Below, one piece after another: positions 46,233-56,614 of a stretch of DNA of 64,000 nucleotides. Under the pieces are notes generated by a model. It was not told the origin of the DNA. It worked only from the letters and a program-made list of their open reading frames with translations, and made no database searches. Positions within the stretch are counted from its first letter, which is position 1. The number at the start of each line of letters is the position of its first letter. This stretch comes from Thermodesulfobacteriota bacterium (GTDB lineage: Bacteria > Desulfobacterota > BSN033 > UBA1163). Location of the stretch: assembly GCA_049514515.1 (NCBI GenBank), contig JBEKUZ010000008.1, forward strand, positions 9,303 to 73,302, written 5' to 3'. A program made the position numbers and the translations under genes.

Positions 46233-47489
46233 TCAGTAGGGTTTCCAGAAGGGTTTATCCGGCATCACCAACTTCTTCACATTGTCCGCGGTCGTCTGAT
46301 AGACCGCGATTCTCGGATCCGCACAGTCACCATAGGCGTCGCAGGTGAGCGTCCCTGTCAATCCCTTAAAGCCCTTGGTAGCGTAGAGAGCATCCCGGAG
46401 GGCCTGGCGACCGATGTAGAGTGTACCGTCCGGGGCTTTCTTGGCCACCTTTTCAATCGCTGCAAAAATGATCATGGTCGCATCGTAGGCATGGGCATGA
46501 AAAACAGAAAGTGGTTTTCCGCCGTATTTCTTCTGATGTTTTTCCAAGAAGCTTCTGTAGCCCCCGGCAAAAGCGGAGAAGTCAGGGCTTGAGTGAAACA
46601 TGCCGATCGCTGCCTCACCCGCAGCCTTGTAGAAATCCGGAGAGAACATGCCATCGGCACCCATGAGATAAACCCTCTCCAATCCAGCTACCTCTTTCAC
46701 CTGGCGCGTGATATGGCCGCCTACGGCGATAAAGACCGGGTAGTAGATGAACTCGGGTCTGCCTGTCGCAATCTTGGTCAGCACCGGGCGCATATCCGTG
46801 TCGGTTGGAGCAACAGCTTCTTGAGAGGTAATGATTCCACCCAATCTCTTGAAGGTCGCGACGAAGACCGCCTGTAGTTGTTCGGAATAGGGGCTGCCAT
46901 CGTGAATGGTCGCCGTCCTTTTAACAGCTAATTTCTTGCGGGCGAACTCGGCGGCGACAGCTCCTTGTACTTTATCATTGTGCGCCGTGCGCAGATAACC
47001 GGCATATTCCGGCCCGCGCTTCGGAGACGTCAGTTCCGGTGCGGTATTGGAGGGTGAAACCGTCACGATTCCGGCTCTCCAAAGGATTGGCGCCCCCGGG
47101 CGAGCCTCGCTCGAGCAAGTCGATCCAATCGCTGCTACGATGGTAGGGTCCGAAGCGATTTTGGTCGCAGCCGCCTGACCTCCTTCGGGATTACAGCCTG
47201 TGTCTTCAACGGTTAACTTAATGGGAAAGCCAAGGAGCTTTCCGCCTCTATCCTCAATGGCAATCTCCACACCTCGTTTGGAATCGATGCCCAACGTAGC
47301 TTCCGACCCGGCTACGGCGAACCAGCATGCGATATGGATGGGTCCGCCGGGCTTGATCTTTACCACTCCGATCCTATCTTCGTATTCAAAAGATGATTTC
47401 GGCTTTGCAGGCGAAGCTGCTGGTGCCGAGGCCACACCCAAACCAAGTACCATAATCAGAACCATAACGACGCAAGCAAGCTGTTTCAT
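46233..47489 (-). CDS. livJ: Branched-chain amino acid ABC substrate-binding protein
   Basis: Signal peptide MKQLACVVMVLIMVLGLGVASAPA (start at the ATG at 47489). Type I periplasmic binding fold pattern. Confidence 0.85.
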   Translation of the reverse strand: MKQLACVVMVLIMVLGLGVASAPAASPAKPKSSFEYEDRIGVVKIKPGGPIHIACWFAVAGSEATLGIDSKRGVEIAIEDRGGKLLGFPIKLTVEDTGCNPEGGQAAATKIASDPTIVAAIGSTCSSEARPGAPILWRAGIVTVSPSNTAPELTSPKRGPEYAGYLRTAHNDKVQGAVAAEFARKKLAVKRTATIHDGSPYSEQLQAVFVATFKRLGGIITSQEAVAPTDTDMRPVLTKIATGRPEFIYYPVFIAVGGHITRQVKEVAGLERVYLMGADGMFSPDFYKAAGEAAIGMFHSSPDFSAFAGGYRSFLEKHQKKYGGKPLSVFHAHAYDATMIIFAAIEKVAKKAPDGTLYIGRQALRDALYATKGFKGLTGTLTCDAYGDCADPRIAVYQTTADNVKKLVMPDKPFWKPY

Positions 47490-47698
47490 AGGTACCCCTA
47501 TTCTGGCAACTCCATTCAAGTTGTCCTCTTCTCGGAAAAATATTAATGAAAAATAGACTCTTGTCAACCGTTTCTATCCAACAGGATCCCTCCACGGAAT
47601 CTATCCTACTCAAAATTCAGCAGGCTCATCCTATGGGAAACGCCATCTCCGAGTGAATCCGTCTTAAATTCCGCATGTATTCCAAACCTAAAAATAGG

Positions 47699-47726
47699 TT
47701 GACACGTAACAAAATATGTATATAAT
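47699..47726 (+). promoter_or_regulatory. Consensus sigma70 promoter (TTGACA, 16 nt, TATAAT)
   Basis: TTGACA at 47699-47704 and TATAAT at 47721-47726, read directly. Confidence 0.6.
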
Positions 47727-47732
47727 CTCCTC

Positions 47733-47886
47733 CAAGAAGTCATATTAGAGTAGGGGGGCCATTAATCCTTTAACGGTGGGGAAAGGTAATGGTAAACCCT
47801 GACCGTGCAACGAAAATGGAGCTCTCATTGTTTCGCCCTGCCTGTGGCTGACAGGCGAGGTCAGAACTATGAGGGCTTTTTTATTT
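47733..47886 (+). ncRNA. Candidate about 150-nt leader or small RNA ending in an intrinsic terminator, unknown class
   Basis: Starts just after the consensus promoter. A GC-rich nested hairpin (gctctcat...cgccctgcctgt ggctg acaggcgagg...atgagggc) is followed by ttttttatttg, ending about 20 nt before the kinase ATG at 47908. Confidence 0.4.
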
Positions 47887-47907
47887 GTTTAGTATGAGGG
47901 TGCCAGG

Positions 47908-49854
47908 ATGAAAGATCAATACAAAACAAAAAAACAACTCATTGAGAAATTGGAGGTTTTACGCAATCAGCTCGTTGGACTTAAAAAGGCAGAAACTAAA
48001 CGCAAGCGTGCAGAGGAGGATTTGAAAGTAAGGGAAGATTCCCTTCAAAAAGTAATCGAACAAACACCCAACGCAATCTGGATATCAGATGAGCACGGAA
48101 CCGTAATAAGAATGAACCAAGCGCTTAGAGATCTTTTGGAAATAACCGACGGGGAAATCATAGGGAAATATAATATATTAAGAGATGTCCAAGTTATAAA
48201 GCAAGGCTTTCTTCCTTTAGTAAAGAGCGTATTTGAAGAAGGCATGACCGTTAATTTTGTGATTGATTATTACACTGAAAAGGAGAAGCAAGTTGAATTA
48301 GCACACAAAACACATAAAGTGCTTCAAATAGTTCTTTCTGCAATCAAAAATAAAGATGGCAAGTTAGTTAATGCTATTTGTCAACATAGGGACATCACCG
48401 AGCGCAAGCACGCAGAGGAAGCGTTGCGATTAGCAAGTGCTTATAACCGGAGTTTGATTGAAGCCAGTCTTGATCCACTTGTGACGATCGGTTCGGATGG
48501 AAGGATCACAGACGTGAATGCTGCTACGGAGAAGGTTACCGGCCATTCCCGTGGAGAACTTATTGGCACTGACTTCATGGACTATTTTAGCGAACCTGAG
48601 AAGGCGAAAGCAGGATACCAGCAGGTGTTTCAAGATGGTTTCGTCCAGGATTATGCTCTTGAGATCCGCCGGAACGACGGACATCTGACACCGGTCCTGT
48701 ACAATGCCTCGGTTTACAGAGACGAACAAGGGAAGGCCATCGGAGTATTTGCTGCGGCACGAGATATCACCCAGCGCAAACGGGCGGAAGAAGCGATAGA
48801 AAGCTTGGCGAGATTCCCCTCTGAAAATCCCAGCCCCGTCTTGCGAGTTAAACGAGATGGCACTCTGCTCTACGCCAACGGGGCCAGTTATATGCTTCTT
48901 CACGACTGGCAACTGGAGATAGACAAACCGGCACCATTGGCTTTGCAGGAGGCGGCTTCTGAGACATTGACACAGCAGACCAGAAAAATGATTGATACGG
49001 AGCATCGTCAACGGATCATCTCATTTTTTGTTGCCCCTATTGTGAATGCCGGCTATGCCAACTTCTATGGCCGGGATGTCACTGAGCGCAGGCAGGCGGA
49101 GGAGGAGATCCGCAACCTCAACGCCGAATTGGAAAAGCGCGTCCGTGATCGAACCGCGCAACTTGAAGCTGCCAACAAGGAACTTGAAGCCTTTTCCTAC
49201 TCTGTCTCACACGACCTGCGTGCGCCGCTTCGGGCAATTGATGGGTTCTCACGCGTGATACTGGAAGATTATACCGACAAACTCGATGACGAAGGTAAAC
49301 GGTATCTGAACATCATCGAAAGTAATACCAAAAAGATGGGTCAACTTATTGATGATCTTCTCGCCTTCTCTCGTTTAGGGCGACAGGAGATAAGAGTTTC
49401 AGAAATGGACATGGGGAAATTGGCAAAGTCTGTTTCTGAGGAACTTAAACTTGCTGTTCCTGAGCGGAAGTTAAACATCACTATAAACACTCTCATTCCC
49501 GCTCAGGGAGACCAGGCAATGGTTCGCCAGGTCTTTGTCAATCTTTTGTCCAATGCTGTCAAATTTACAAGACCAAGGGACACTGCATTCATTGAAATAA
49601 CCGGTTCAGGAGAGGGAAATGAAAATGTTTATTCTGTCAAAGACAATGGGGTGGGGTTTGATATGCAATATGTAAATAAGTTGTTTGGCGTTTTCCAGCG
49701 ACTTCATAGCTCTGAAGAATTTGAAGGAACAGGCGTCGGACTTGCCATTGTCCAACGTATTATCCACCGACACGGTGGACGTGTATGGGCCGAAGGGAAG
49801 GTGAACGAGGGAGCTACCTTTTATTTCACACTTCCACGAGAGAGGAGGGAATAA
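47908..49854 (+). CDS. Multi-PAS sensor histidine kinase
   Basis: Three PAS-like repeats (each ending ...DITERK/QRKRAEE), H-box [13 protein letters not shown], HATPase G-boxes. Confidence 0.9.
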   Translation: MKDQYKTKKQLIEKLEVLRNQLVGLKKAETKRKRAEEDLKVREDSLQKVIEQTPNAIWISDEHGTVIRMNQALRDLLEITDGEIIGKYNILRDVQVIKQGFLPLVKSVFEEGMTVNFVIDYYTEKEKQVELAHKTHKVLQIVLSAIKNKDGKLVNAICQHRDITERKHAEEALRLASAYNRSLIEASLDPLVTIGSDGRITDVNAATEKVTGHSRGELIGTDFMDYFSEPEKAKAGYQQVFQDGFVQDYALEIRRNDGHLTPVLYNASVYRDEQGKAIGVFAAARDITQRKRAEEAIESLARFPSENPSPVLRVKRDGTLLYANGASYMLLHDWQLEIDKPAPLALQEAASETLTQQTRKMIDTEHRQRIISFFVAPIVNAGYANFYGRDVTERRQAEEEIRNLNAELEKRVRDRTAQLEAANKELEAFSYSVSHDLRAPLRAIDGFSRVILEDYTDKLDDEGKRYLNIIESNTKKMGQLIDDLLAFSRLGRQEIRVSEMDMGKLAKSVSEELKLAVPERKLNITINTLIPAQGDQAMVRQVFVNLLSNAVKFTRPRDTAFIEITGSGEGNENVYSVKDNGVGFDMQYVNKLFGVFQRLHSSEEFEGTGVGLAIVQRIIHRHGGRVWAEGKVNEGATFYFTLPRERRE

Positions 49855-49855
49855 G

Positions 49856-50299
49856 ATGACTATTACAAATGAGATTGAAATTCTTTTGGTTGAGGACAAT
49901 CCCAACGATGTTGAGCTAACCCTCAGGGCACTGAAGAAAAACAATCTAACCAATAGAGTGCAAGTGGTAAAGGATGGAGCAGAGGCCCTGGAATATATCT
50001 TTGCCAATGGGGCCTATGCTTATCGGAAAGTTGAACACCATCCTAGGGTGATCCTCCTTGATCTAAAGCTTCCCAAAGTAGATGGTTTAGAGGTTCTGCG
50101 CCGAATAAAGTCGGACGAGCGAACAAGGGTCATTCCAGTCGTTGTGTTGACCTCATCAAAGGAAGAGAGAGATCTCGTGGAAAGCTACAAACTTGGAGCG
50201 AACAGCTACATCACTAAGCCCTTAGATTTCGAGAGCTTTGTCAAATCGGTCGCAGAGCTAGGGCTCTATTGGTTGCTCCTGAATCAGCCGCCCCGATAA
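49856..50299 (+). CDS. Stand-alone response regulator receiver protein
   Basis: 147 aa. [13 protein letters not shown]...[12 protein letters not shown]...NSYITKP. Confidence 0.9.
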   Translation: MTITNEIEILLVEDNPNDVELTLRALKKNNLTNRVQVVKDGAEALEYIFANGAYAYRKVEHHPRVILLDLKLPKVDGLEVLRRIKSDERTRVIPVVVLTSSKEERDLVESYKLGANSYITKPLDFESFVKSVAELGLYWLLLNQPPR

Positions 50300-50332
50300 A
50301 AGAACAATGAGGGAAGGCCAGAAGGGGAACTC

Positions 50333-52687
50333 ATGGACAAGAAGCTTCGCATCCTGATACTGGAAGACGTCCCCGTCGATGCCGAGTTGATGGAACGAGA
50401 ATTACGCAAAGGAGGAATTAAATTCTCCTCGAAGCGAGTGGACACAAAGGAAACCTTCCTAAAGGAACTAAAAGAGTTTGAGCCGGATCTCATCCTCGGT
50501 GACTACAAACTTCCCTCCTTCGACGGTCTCTCGGCCTTGGGAATCGTTCAGGAGAATTGTCCCAACGTGCCCTTTATCTTCATCTCCGGGACCATCGGCG
50601 AGGAATTGGCCATAGAAACCCTCAAATCGGGCGCGACAGACTATGTTCTCAAAGACAGACTATCGCGTCTTGTACCTGCTGTAAGCCGCGCTTTGAGGGA
50701 AGTCGAAGAGCGAACTGAGCGCAAGCGGGCGGAAAAATCCCTGCAGGATTCAGAAAAGAGATACAGAGAGGTCGTGGAGAACGCGACAGAGATTATTTAT
50801 ACGGTCGATGAGAGCGGAAATTTCACTTATGCCAACCCGGCTGGGTTGAAGGCGACCGGCTATTCACTTGGGGAACTTCGGCAACTTAATTATGCGGATC
50901 TTGTGCTTCCCGAACACAAGGAAAGAGTCTCTCAGGTATATGTCAACCAGATCCGGGAAAAACTTCCAAAGACATATGTTGAGTTCCCTTTTTCGGGCAA
51001 GGGTGGAGAAGTCATATGGTTCGGCCAAAATTCGACACTCGTTATGGATCGCGACAAAATCGTTGGATTTCATATCATCGCCCGCGACATCACTGAGCGC
51101 AAGCAAGGCGAGAGTGCGTTACGTGAGAGTGAAGAAAGATACCGAACGCTTGTCGAAACCTCTCCCGATGCCATTACGCTTTTGGACCTAAATCTCAACA
51201 TTGTTATGGCCAACCGGCCGGCTTTGGTCTTATACGGGTCTGAAAGCCTTGAAGAGGTAATCGGGCGCAGTGCACTGGACTTTATCGCTCCGGAGGATCG
51301 ACTGCGTGCAATGGAGGAGGCACGAAGAATGTTGGGAACTGGAAGCATTGCAACCACCGAGTTTACCCTATTGAGGAAAGGGGACGTCTCTTTCCCCGCC
51401 GAGCTGAGTGCCTCATTGATCCTGGATGGGGAAAAGAAGCCTCTCGCCATTATCTGTGTCACCAGAGATATCAGTATCCGCAAGCGGAGTGAGGAAGAAA
51501 GGACAGCCCTTGAAGACCAGCTTCGCCAATCGCAGAAGATGGAGGCCATCGGCCAATTGGCAGGCGGTGTTGCCCACGATTTCAATAACCTATTAACCGT
51601 CATCAAAGGCTATTGCCAACTCTCGCTCGCCGAAATGAAAGAGAGCACCCCTATAAAGGATGTCCTTGAGGTGATTAACAAAGCCGCTGAGAAAGCGGCC
51701 GATCTCACCCGCCAACTCCTGGCCTTCAGTCGGCGCCAGATCATGGAGGTGAGAGTACTGGATCTAAACGCCCTTTTGCAAAATCTTGACAAGATGCTTC
51801 GCCGGATTATCGGCGAGGATATTGAGCTGGTGACGCTGTTAGGAAAAGATGTCGGAAGAGTCAAGGCAGATCCCGGGCAGATTGAGCAGGTGGTCATGAA
51901 TCTCGCAGTCAATGCCAAGGATGCGATGTCCAAAGGGGGGAAACTTATCATTGAGACAGCCAACGCGGAGTTAGACGAGGCGTATGCACACGCTCATGTG
52001 GCCGTGACGCCCGGTCGTTATGTGATGATCGCGGTAAGCGACACAGGGGTGGGGATGGGGCCGGAGGTCAGGGATCGGGTCTTCGAGCCCTTTTTTACGA
52101 CAAAAGGCAAGGGCAGGGGGACAGGATTGGGTTTATCGACGGTCTATGGGATTGTGAAGCAAAGTAGCGGGAACATCTGGGTCTATAGTGAGCCTGGGAA
52201 AGGGACGACCTTCAAAATCTTCCTGCCTCGTGTCGATGAACCCGCCGAGAAACTCAGGGCGCAAGCGGTAAAGGAAGAGTTTTCTCTCGGAAGTGAGACA
52301 ATTCTTGTCGTGGAGGCCGATAAAGAGGTCCGGAACTTAGCGGTACGGATTTTGAAAAGGCAGGGTTACACTGTTTTGGACGGAAGCTACGGGGACGAGG
52401 CCCTTAATGTTTGCAGGAACCATCAGGGCCCAATCCATCTGCTACTGACAGATGTAGTTATGCCCGGGATGAGCGGTCATGAGTTGGCAAAACGTTTGGA
52501 ATCCTTCCACCCCGAAATGAAGGTGCTCTATATGTCTGGCTATACCGACGACGCGATTGTCATGCACGGTGTTTTGGTGCGAGGGGTCAATTACATCCAG
52601 AAGCCCTTTACCGTGGATGCCCTGGCAAAAAAAGTAAGGGAGGTGCTCGAACAGTCACGGCAGAATTCGGAATCCACCTTGCACTAA
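50333..52687 (+). CDS. Hybrid sensor kinase (REC-PAS-PAS-HisKA-HATPase-REC)
   Basis: N-terminal REC, two PAS domains, [12 protein letters not shown]-box, GTGLGLS, C-terminal REC ([13 protein letters not shown]). Confidence 0.9.
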   Translation: MDKKLRILILEDVPVDAELMERELRKGGIKFSSKRVDTKETFLKELKEFEPDLILGDYKLPSFDGLSALGIVQENCPNVPFIFISGTIGEELAIETLKSGATDYVLKDRLSRLVPAVSRALREVEERTERKRAEKSLQDSEKRYREVVENATEIIYTVDESGNFTYANPAGLKATGYSLGELRQLNYADLVLPEHKERVSQVYVNQIREKLPKTYVEFPFSGKGGEVIWFGQNSTLVMDRDKIVGFHIIARDITERKQGESALRESEERYRTLVETSPDAITLLDLNLNIVMANRPALVLYGSESLEEVIGRSALDFIAPEDRLRAMEEARRMLGTGSIATTEFTLLRKGDVSFPAELSASLILDGEKKPLAIICVTRDISIRKRSEEERTALEDQLRQSQKMEAIGQLAGGVAHDFNNLLTVIKGYCQLSLAEMKESTPIKDVLEVINKAAEKAADLTRQLLAFSRRQIMEVRVLDLNALLQNLDKMLRRIIGEDIELVTLLGKDVGRVKADPGQIEQVVMNLAVNAKDAMSKGGKLIIETANAELDEAYAHAHVAVTPGRYVMIAVSDTGVGMGPEVRDRVFEPFFTTKGKGRGTGLGLSTVYGIVKQSSGNIWVYSEPGKGTTFKIFLPRVDEPAEKLRAQAVKEEFSLGSETILVVEADKEVRNLAVRILKRQGYTVLDGSYGDEALNVCRNHQGPIHLLLTDVVMPGMSGHELAKRLESFHPEMKVLYMSGYTDDAIVMHGVLVRGVNYIQKPFTVDALAKKVREVLEQSRQNSESTLH

Positions 52688-53166
52688 GGCGCTTGCTCAT
52701 TGAGATAATCCCACACTCTAAAGCCCTCCTTTCGAGCAGCCTCCGCCAACCCCGAATCTGCCGTCACCAGGATCGGCTGGGCTTCTTGAAACCTGGAAAA
52801 GAGGTCTTTTTTAATGGTGATGATTTGATAAGCATCGACGATGTCAAGACCGTATCGCTTGGCTGTTTTTTCGACTTCCCAGAATATCTCACTATCCGAG
52901 ATGTCCATATCGGCGAGCTCAATGCGGTCGCCTATGTAGCCCCTTAAGATATCGCCCGCCTTGAAGTATGTCTCTTGATCGATCCCCTTGTGTGAATATA
53001 TCGACTTCAATGCCCCAAGAGCCTCCGCAAAGCAGAACGATGTGGCATAGAACGTCGATGCAGGTTCCGCCGACATATACTTTTCGATCGCCTCGCTACC
53101 GCTCTCCTTTACTGCGAGCTTAAACAACGCCGACGCATCTAAGTAGTACACACGCTGAGAACCCAT
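52684..53166 (-). CDS. PIN-domain protein (VapC-like)
   Basis: YYLDASAL (Asp 1), ...FAEALG, DIVDAYQ, VTADSGL acidic residues in PIN order. ggaggag lies before the ATG. Confidence 0.7.
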   Translation of the reverse strand: MGSQRVYYLDASALFKLAVKESGSEAIEKYMSAEPASTFYATSFCFAEALGALKSIYSHKGIDQETYFKAGDILRGYIGDRIELADMDISDSEIFWEVEKTAKRYGLDIVDAYQIITIKKDLFSRFQEAQPILVTADSGLAEAARKEGFRVWDYLNEQAP

Positions 53167-53427
53167 AGGCTTCTCCTCCGGTGGACTCAGACATTATTAT
53201 TTTTAACAATCTGATGCCGCATCCTTGTAACGCATGAATACAACTGATCCGGCCGGGATCACCAGGTTTTAAAATGATCGACCATGGTTCGGAATATACA
53301 CCCCTTTTCGAAATTTTGGAAGTGAAGATTTTAAAGGGAGAAAGAGGGACGGAAAAGGACAGCCGATCCGTCGACAATGCTGGGATGTTCTTGTGCTCAG
53401 GATTCTAATGATGATGGGATTCCAATG

Positions 53428-53466
53428 CCCGCCCTTCCCTCCCCTCGCAGGAGAGGGAGGGGCAGG
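53428..53466. repeat. PU palindromic repeat, copy 7 (degenerate)
   Basis: cccgcccttccctcccctcgcaggagagggaggggcagg. Confidence 0.6.
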
Positions 53467-53484
53467 AGACTACGAATCATACAC

Positions 53485-53835
53485 TTATGAAGTGAAGGAG
53501 GAAACCCCGATTTTCCCCTCTAACTCCTTCACCTTCGCCTCAAGCTGAAAAATCTTCTCTTCGGTGACTTTCTTATAGCTCTCCATATCCACATCTTTAG
53601 AGGCTAATTGTCTATTTTTATATTCAACTTCGTCCCTTAACCGATTCATTTCGGCTTCCTTCGCATTCGATTCCCTTCGCAACTTTGCCATCTGTTGTTT
53701 CAGCAAGGCCGCCTCATTCTTTTTGGGTTTTCTCGCGCCTGCCGATCTTACCACCTTTTTGGGCTTGGTTTTGACCTTCTTCACCTTAGCTTTGACCTTC
53801 TTAATCTTCTTCGCCATAGCTTTTCCCCCCTTCAT
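53485..53835 (-). CDS. Lys-rich (histone H1-like tail) plus coiled-coil small protein
   Basis: 116 aa. N-terminal KKIKKVKAKVKKVKTKPKKVV. The C-terminal half has heptad-like charged repeats. Confidence 0.5.
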   Translation of the reverse strand: MKGGKAMAKKIKKVKAKVKKVKTKPKKVVRSAGARKPKKNEAALLKQQMAKLRRESNAKEAEMNRLRDEVEYKNRQLASKDVDMESYKKVTEEKIFQLEAKVKELEGKIGVSSFTS

Positions 53836-53917
53836 TAGATTTTAGATTTGCCATTCCTGAACGTTTAAGGGACAGGTTTTAGATTTAAAACCTTATTCCG
53901 CGTTCGGCCGTCCGCCA

Positions 53918-53972
53918 CGTACCACGTAGGGTGCTTGGAAGCTCTGAACCTCACATGGCTCGGGGCGCGACA
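53918..53972. repeat. Two-hairpin repeat (family shared with 63150-63208)
   Basis: ccacgtaccacgtagggtgc...gctctgaacctcacatggctcggggcgcg compared with gcaccacgtcgggtgc...gccctgaaccgcacatggttcagggcgc. Confidence 0.6.
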
Positions 53973-53977
53973 ACCCA

Positions 53978-55261
53978 TTAAGCCTCATTAAAAAAATCCT
54001 TTAGCCTTTTGATGGCACAAAACTCTCCGCACATCGTGCAGACGTCTTGTTCCCCGGATTTGCCTTCCTCATGATAGCGCTTTGCTTTCTCCGGGTCAAG
54101 TGAAAGTTCTATCTGCTTCTCCCAGTCAAAAGCCAATCGAGCCTTTGCCATCGCAATATCCCTTTCAAGGGCTATCTTATTTCCCCGTGCAATATCAGCA
54201 GCATGACCCGCAATTCGGGCAGCAATTACTCCTTCCCGGACATCTTCAACGGAGGGCAACTTGAGATGCTCCGAAGGCGTCACATAACATAAGAAATCTG
54301 CTCCTGCTTTGCCCGCTACAGCACCGCCAATGGCGCAGCTGATGTGGTCATATCCCGGAGAAACATCGGTCACCAATGGTCCGAGTACGTAAAAAGGAGC
54401 TCCCCTGCACAACCTCTTTTCCAAAAGAACATTGGCTTCGATCTGATCGAGCGGGACATGGCCGGGTCCTTCGATCATGACCTGAACTCCCTCCGCCCAT
54501 GCCCTTTCCGTCAATTCTCCGAGGAGAATCATCTCCTCCACTTGAGGCCGGTCTGTGGCATCTGCCAGGCAGCCTGGCCTCAACCCGTCTCCCAGGCTCA
54601 ACGTCACATCGTGCTTTTTTGCGATGTCCAAGAGTCGATCAAAATGTTCATAGAGCGGATTCTCTCTGCGATTGTAAATCATCCATTCAATGAGAAAAGA
54701 GCCACCCCGGCTGACCACTCCCAAGACCCGATGCGCTTTCCGCAACCTCTCCATAGCACTCCGGGTTACACCGCAATGGACCGTTATAAAGTCGACGCCT
54801 TCCTCTGCCTGACGCTCAATGACTTCGAAGAGATCTTCAACCCGCATTTTGGCAAGAGCCTTCCTCTTCTTAACCGCTTCGATAGCCGCTTCGTAAATAG
54901 GAACGGTCCCCACAGGGATAGGAGAATGACGAATGATCTCCTTGCGGATGACGTCGATATCTCCACCTGTGCTCAGATCCATCACTGTATCGGTCCCGGC
55001 TTGAATCGAAACCTCAAGTTTTTCCAGCTCCTCCTCTAAATCGACGTGATCAGAAGAAGTCCCGAGGTTCGTATTCACCTTGATCCGGAGCCCTTCTCCA
55101 ATCCCTGTGGGCCTCACCCCGCGATGGCTTGGATTGGCCGGGATAACCACTCGACCAGAAACAATATTTTCCCGGAGCCGTCCCACAGAGACCCCCTCTT
55201 CTCTGGCGACCCTCTTCATTTCCTGCGTGACAACACCCTTTTGGGCTTCTATTTTTTGCAT
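53978..55261 (-). CDS. thiC: Phosphomethylpyrimidine synthase (short form)
   Basis: 427 aa. ...TVHCGV..., C-terminal CTMCGEFCA Fe-S motif. Confidence 0.95.
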   Translation of the reverse strand: MQKIEAQKGVVTQEMKRVAREEGVSVGRLRENIVSGRVVIPANPSHRGVRPTGIGEGLRIKVNTNLGTSSDHVDLEEELEKLEVSIQAGTDTVMDLSTGGDIDVIRKEIIRHSPIPVGTVPIYEAAIEAVKKRKALAKMRVEDLFEVIERQAEEGVDFITVHCGVTRSAMERLRKAHRVLGVVSRGGSFLIEWMIYNRRENPLYEHFDRLLDIAKKHDVTLSLGDGLRPGCLADATDRPQVEEMILLGELTERAWAEGVQVMIEGPGHVPLDQIEANVLLEKRLCRGAPFYVLGPLVTDVSPGYDHISCAIGGAVAGKAGADFLCYVTPSEHLKLPSVEDVREGVIAARIAGHAADIARGNKIALERDIAMAKARLAFDWEKQIELSLDPEKAKRYHEEGKSGEQDVCTMCGEFCAIKRLKDFFNEA

Positions 55262-56073
55262 CGTGGTATCACCTTCCTCGCTAAAGTTTGCAGTAGGCAG
55301 TCAGCAAAAGGATTGACAGGACCCGCTCCTTTTCCAAGGGTGAGGCCGGATTGGATCGCCATGGTGATAAAAGTCTTCGCCTTTGTCACCGCTTCATCGA
55401 CCCTGTCTCCTTTCGCCACAAGTGTTGCAAGCGCTGAGGCGAAGGTGCAACCTGTGCCGTGAGTATTTTTCGACTCAATCCTTGGTCCTTTCGCCTCGGT
55501 AAATTTTTTCCCGTCATAAAGCAGGTCAACTGGCATCCCTTTCAGGTGACCTCCCTTCACCACCACATGTTTTGCCCCCATTCTGTGAATGAGACGGGCG
55601 GCGCCCTTCATTCCTTCCAGAGAGTCTACCCTTAATCCGGTGAGGGCCGATGCCTCCATGAGGTTCGGCGTAATCAGCCACGCGAGGGGAATCAATTTTT
55701 GGATGAGGGCATCTTGAGCATCCCTTCGAAGAAGAAGGGTCCCGCCCTTTGACACCATCACCGGATCCACCACCACCTTCTTCACCTTATACTGCTTAAT
55801 TTTCTTCGACACGACATCAATGATTTCCCCATTGACCAGCATCCCCGTCTTGATCGCATCCGCGCCGATGTCCGAGAGAACGGAATCGATTTGGGCCCCG
55901 ACAAATCGGGCAGGAATCTCATGGATGCCTTGAATTCCCAACGTGTTTTGTGCTGTGACGGCCGTAATCACACTCATTCCGTAACCGCCGAGCAGGCTGA
56001 TGGTTTTCAGATCTGCCTGAATTCCTGCTCCGCCTCCGGAATCCGATCCGGCAATCGTCAGTATTCGTTTCAT
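55249..56073 (-). CDS. thiD: Hydroxymethylpyrimidine/phosphomethylpyrimidine kinase
   Basis: ILTIAGSDSGGGAGIQADLKT, GTGCTFASA. Confidence 0.95.
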   Translation of the reverse strand: MKRILTIAGSDSGGGAGIQADLKTISLLGGYGMSVITAVTAQNTLGIQGIHEIPARFVGAQIDSVLSDIGADAIKTGMLVNGEIIDVVSKKIKQYKVKKVVVDPVMVSKGGTLLLRRDAQDALIQKLIPLAWLITPNLMEASALTGLRVDSLEGMKGAARLIHRMGAKHVVVKGGHLKGMPVDLLYDGKKFTEAKGPRIESKNTHGTGCTFASALATLVAKGDRVDEAVTKAKTFITMAIQSGLTLGKGAGPVNPFADCLLQTLARKVIPRCKK

Positions 56074-56100
56074 CTCCCCTTCATTTCAAACGGAAAGCCA

Positions 56101-56138
56101 AAAAACAAAAGCCGTAATCCCAATGGAGGTATTACGGC
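56101..56138 (-). terminator. Intrinsic terminator (riboswitch expression platform)
   Basis: On the minus strand: gccgtaatacctccattgggattacggc followed by ttttgttttt. Confidence 0.7.
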
Positions 56139-56149
56139 TCGCTTTTCTT

Positions 56150-56248
56150 TTCCGCTTCCCTTCGCTGGAATTACCCAAACAGGTTCGGAGGGTCTCCCTA
56201 TCCCACTGCCGCAGGACAAGGACTCTCAGCCCAATGAGCTCCCCTAGC
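56150..56248 (-). ncRNA. TPP (THI-box) riboswitch
   Basis: The minus strand reads aggggagc...gctgagag...gagaccctccgaacctgtttgggtaattccagcgaagggaagc. This matches the conserved CUGAGA, ACCC..GAACCUG and GGUAAU.CCAGCG.AGGGAA blocks. It lies upstream of thiD-thiC. Confidence 0.85.
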
Positions 56249-56501
56249 TATCTCTTTAAAACCATTATTACGAAGAAATTGTAATATGTCAATCAGTCCC
56301 TTTGAAGAAACAGTCTGCTTCCAGTTGGGGGACGTATGGAGGGAGGCCTATGGGAGGCCTATATCTCAAACTGACCGTGTCTACCGATGAAGGGTTAAGC
56401 CCAGTCCAAGACAGAATCTATTATAATTTTATGAAATAATTGATGTATTCTCTGCGACATCCATAGCATATTAACTCAGGGAAAACTTTGTGAAAAATTT
56501 C

Positions 56502-56530
56502 TTGACTTCTCGAAACCTTTGCTTTATATT
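56502..56530 (+). promoter_or_regulatory. Sigma70-like promoter (TTGACT, 17 nt, TATATT)
   Basis: Read directly, 85 nt upstream of the hppA ATG. Confidence 0.5.
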
Positions 56531-56614
56531 CTACCCGAACTTTTTGGCAAATCTTCCCTACAAAAGTTATTACACTTCATAACTTTGCGGGGATCATAAA
56601 GAGGAGAGGGCGTT

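Noticed and set aside
53120-53377. 85-aa ORF as the antitoxin of the PIN protein
   Set aside because: It overlaps the PIN start by 47 nt out of frame and has no RHH, AbrB or Phd-like pattern that I can recognise. Left as unresolved rather than annotated.
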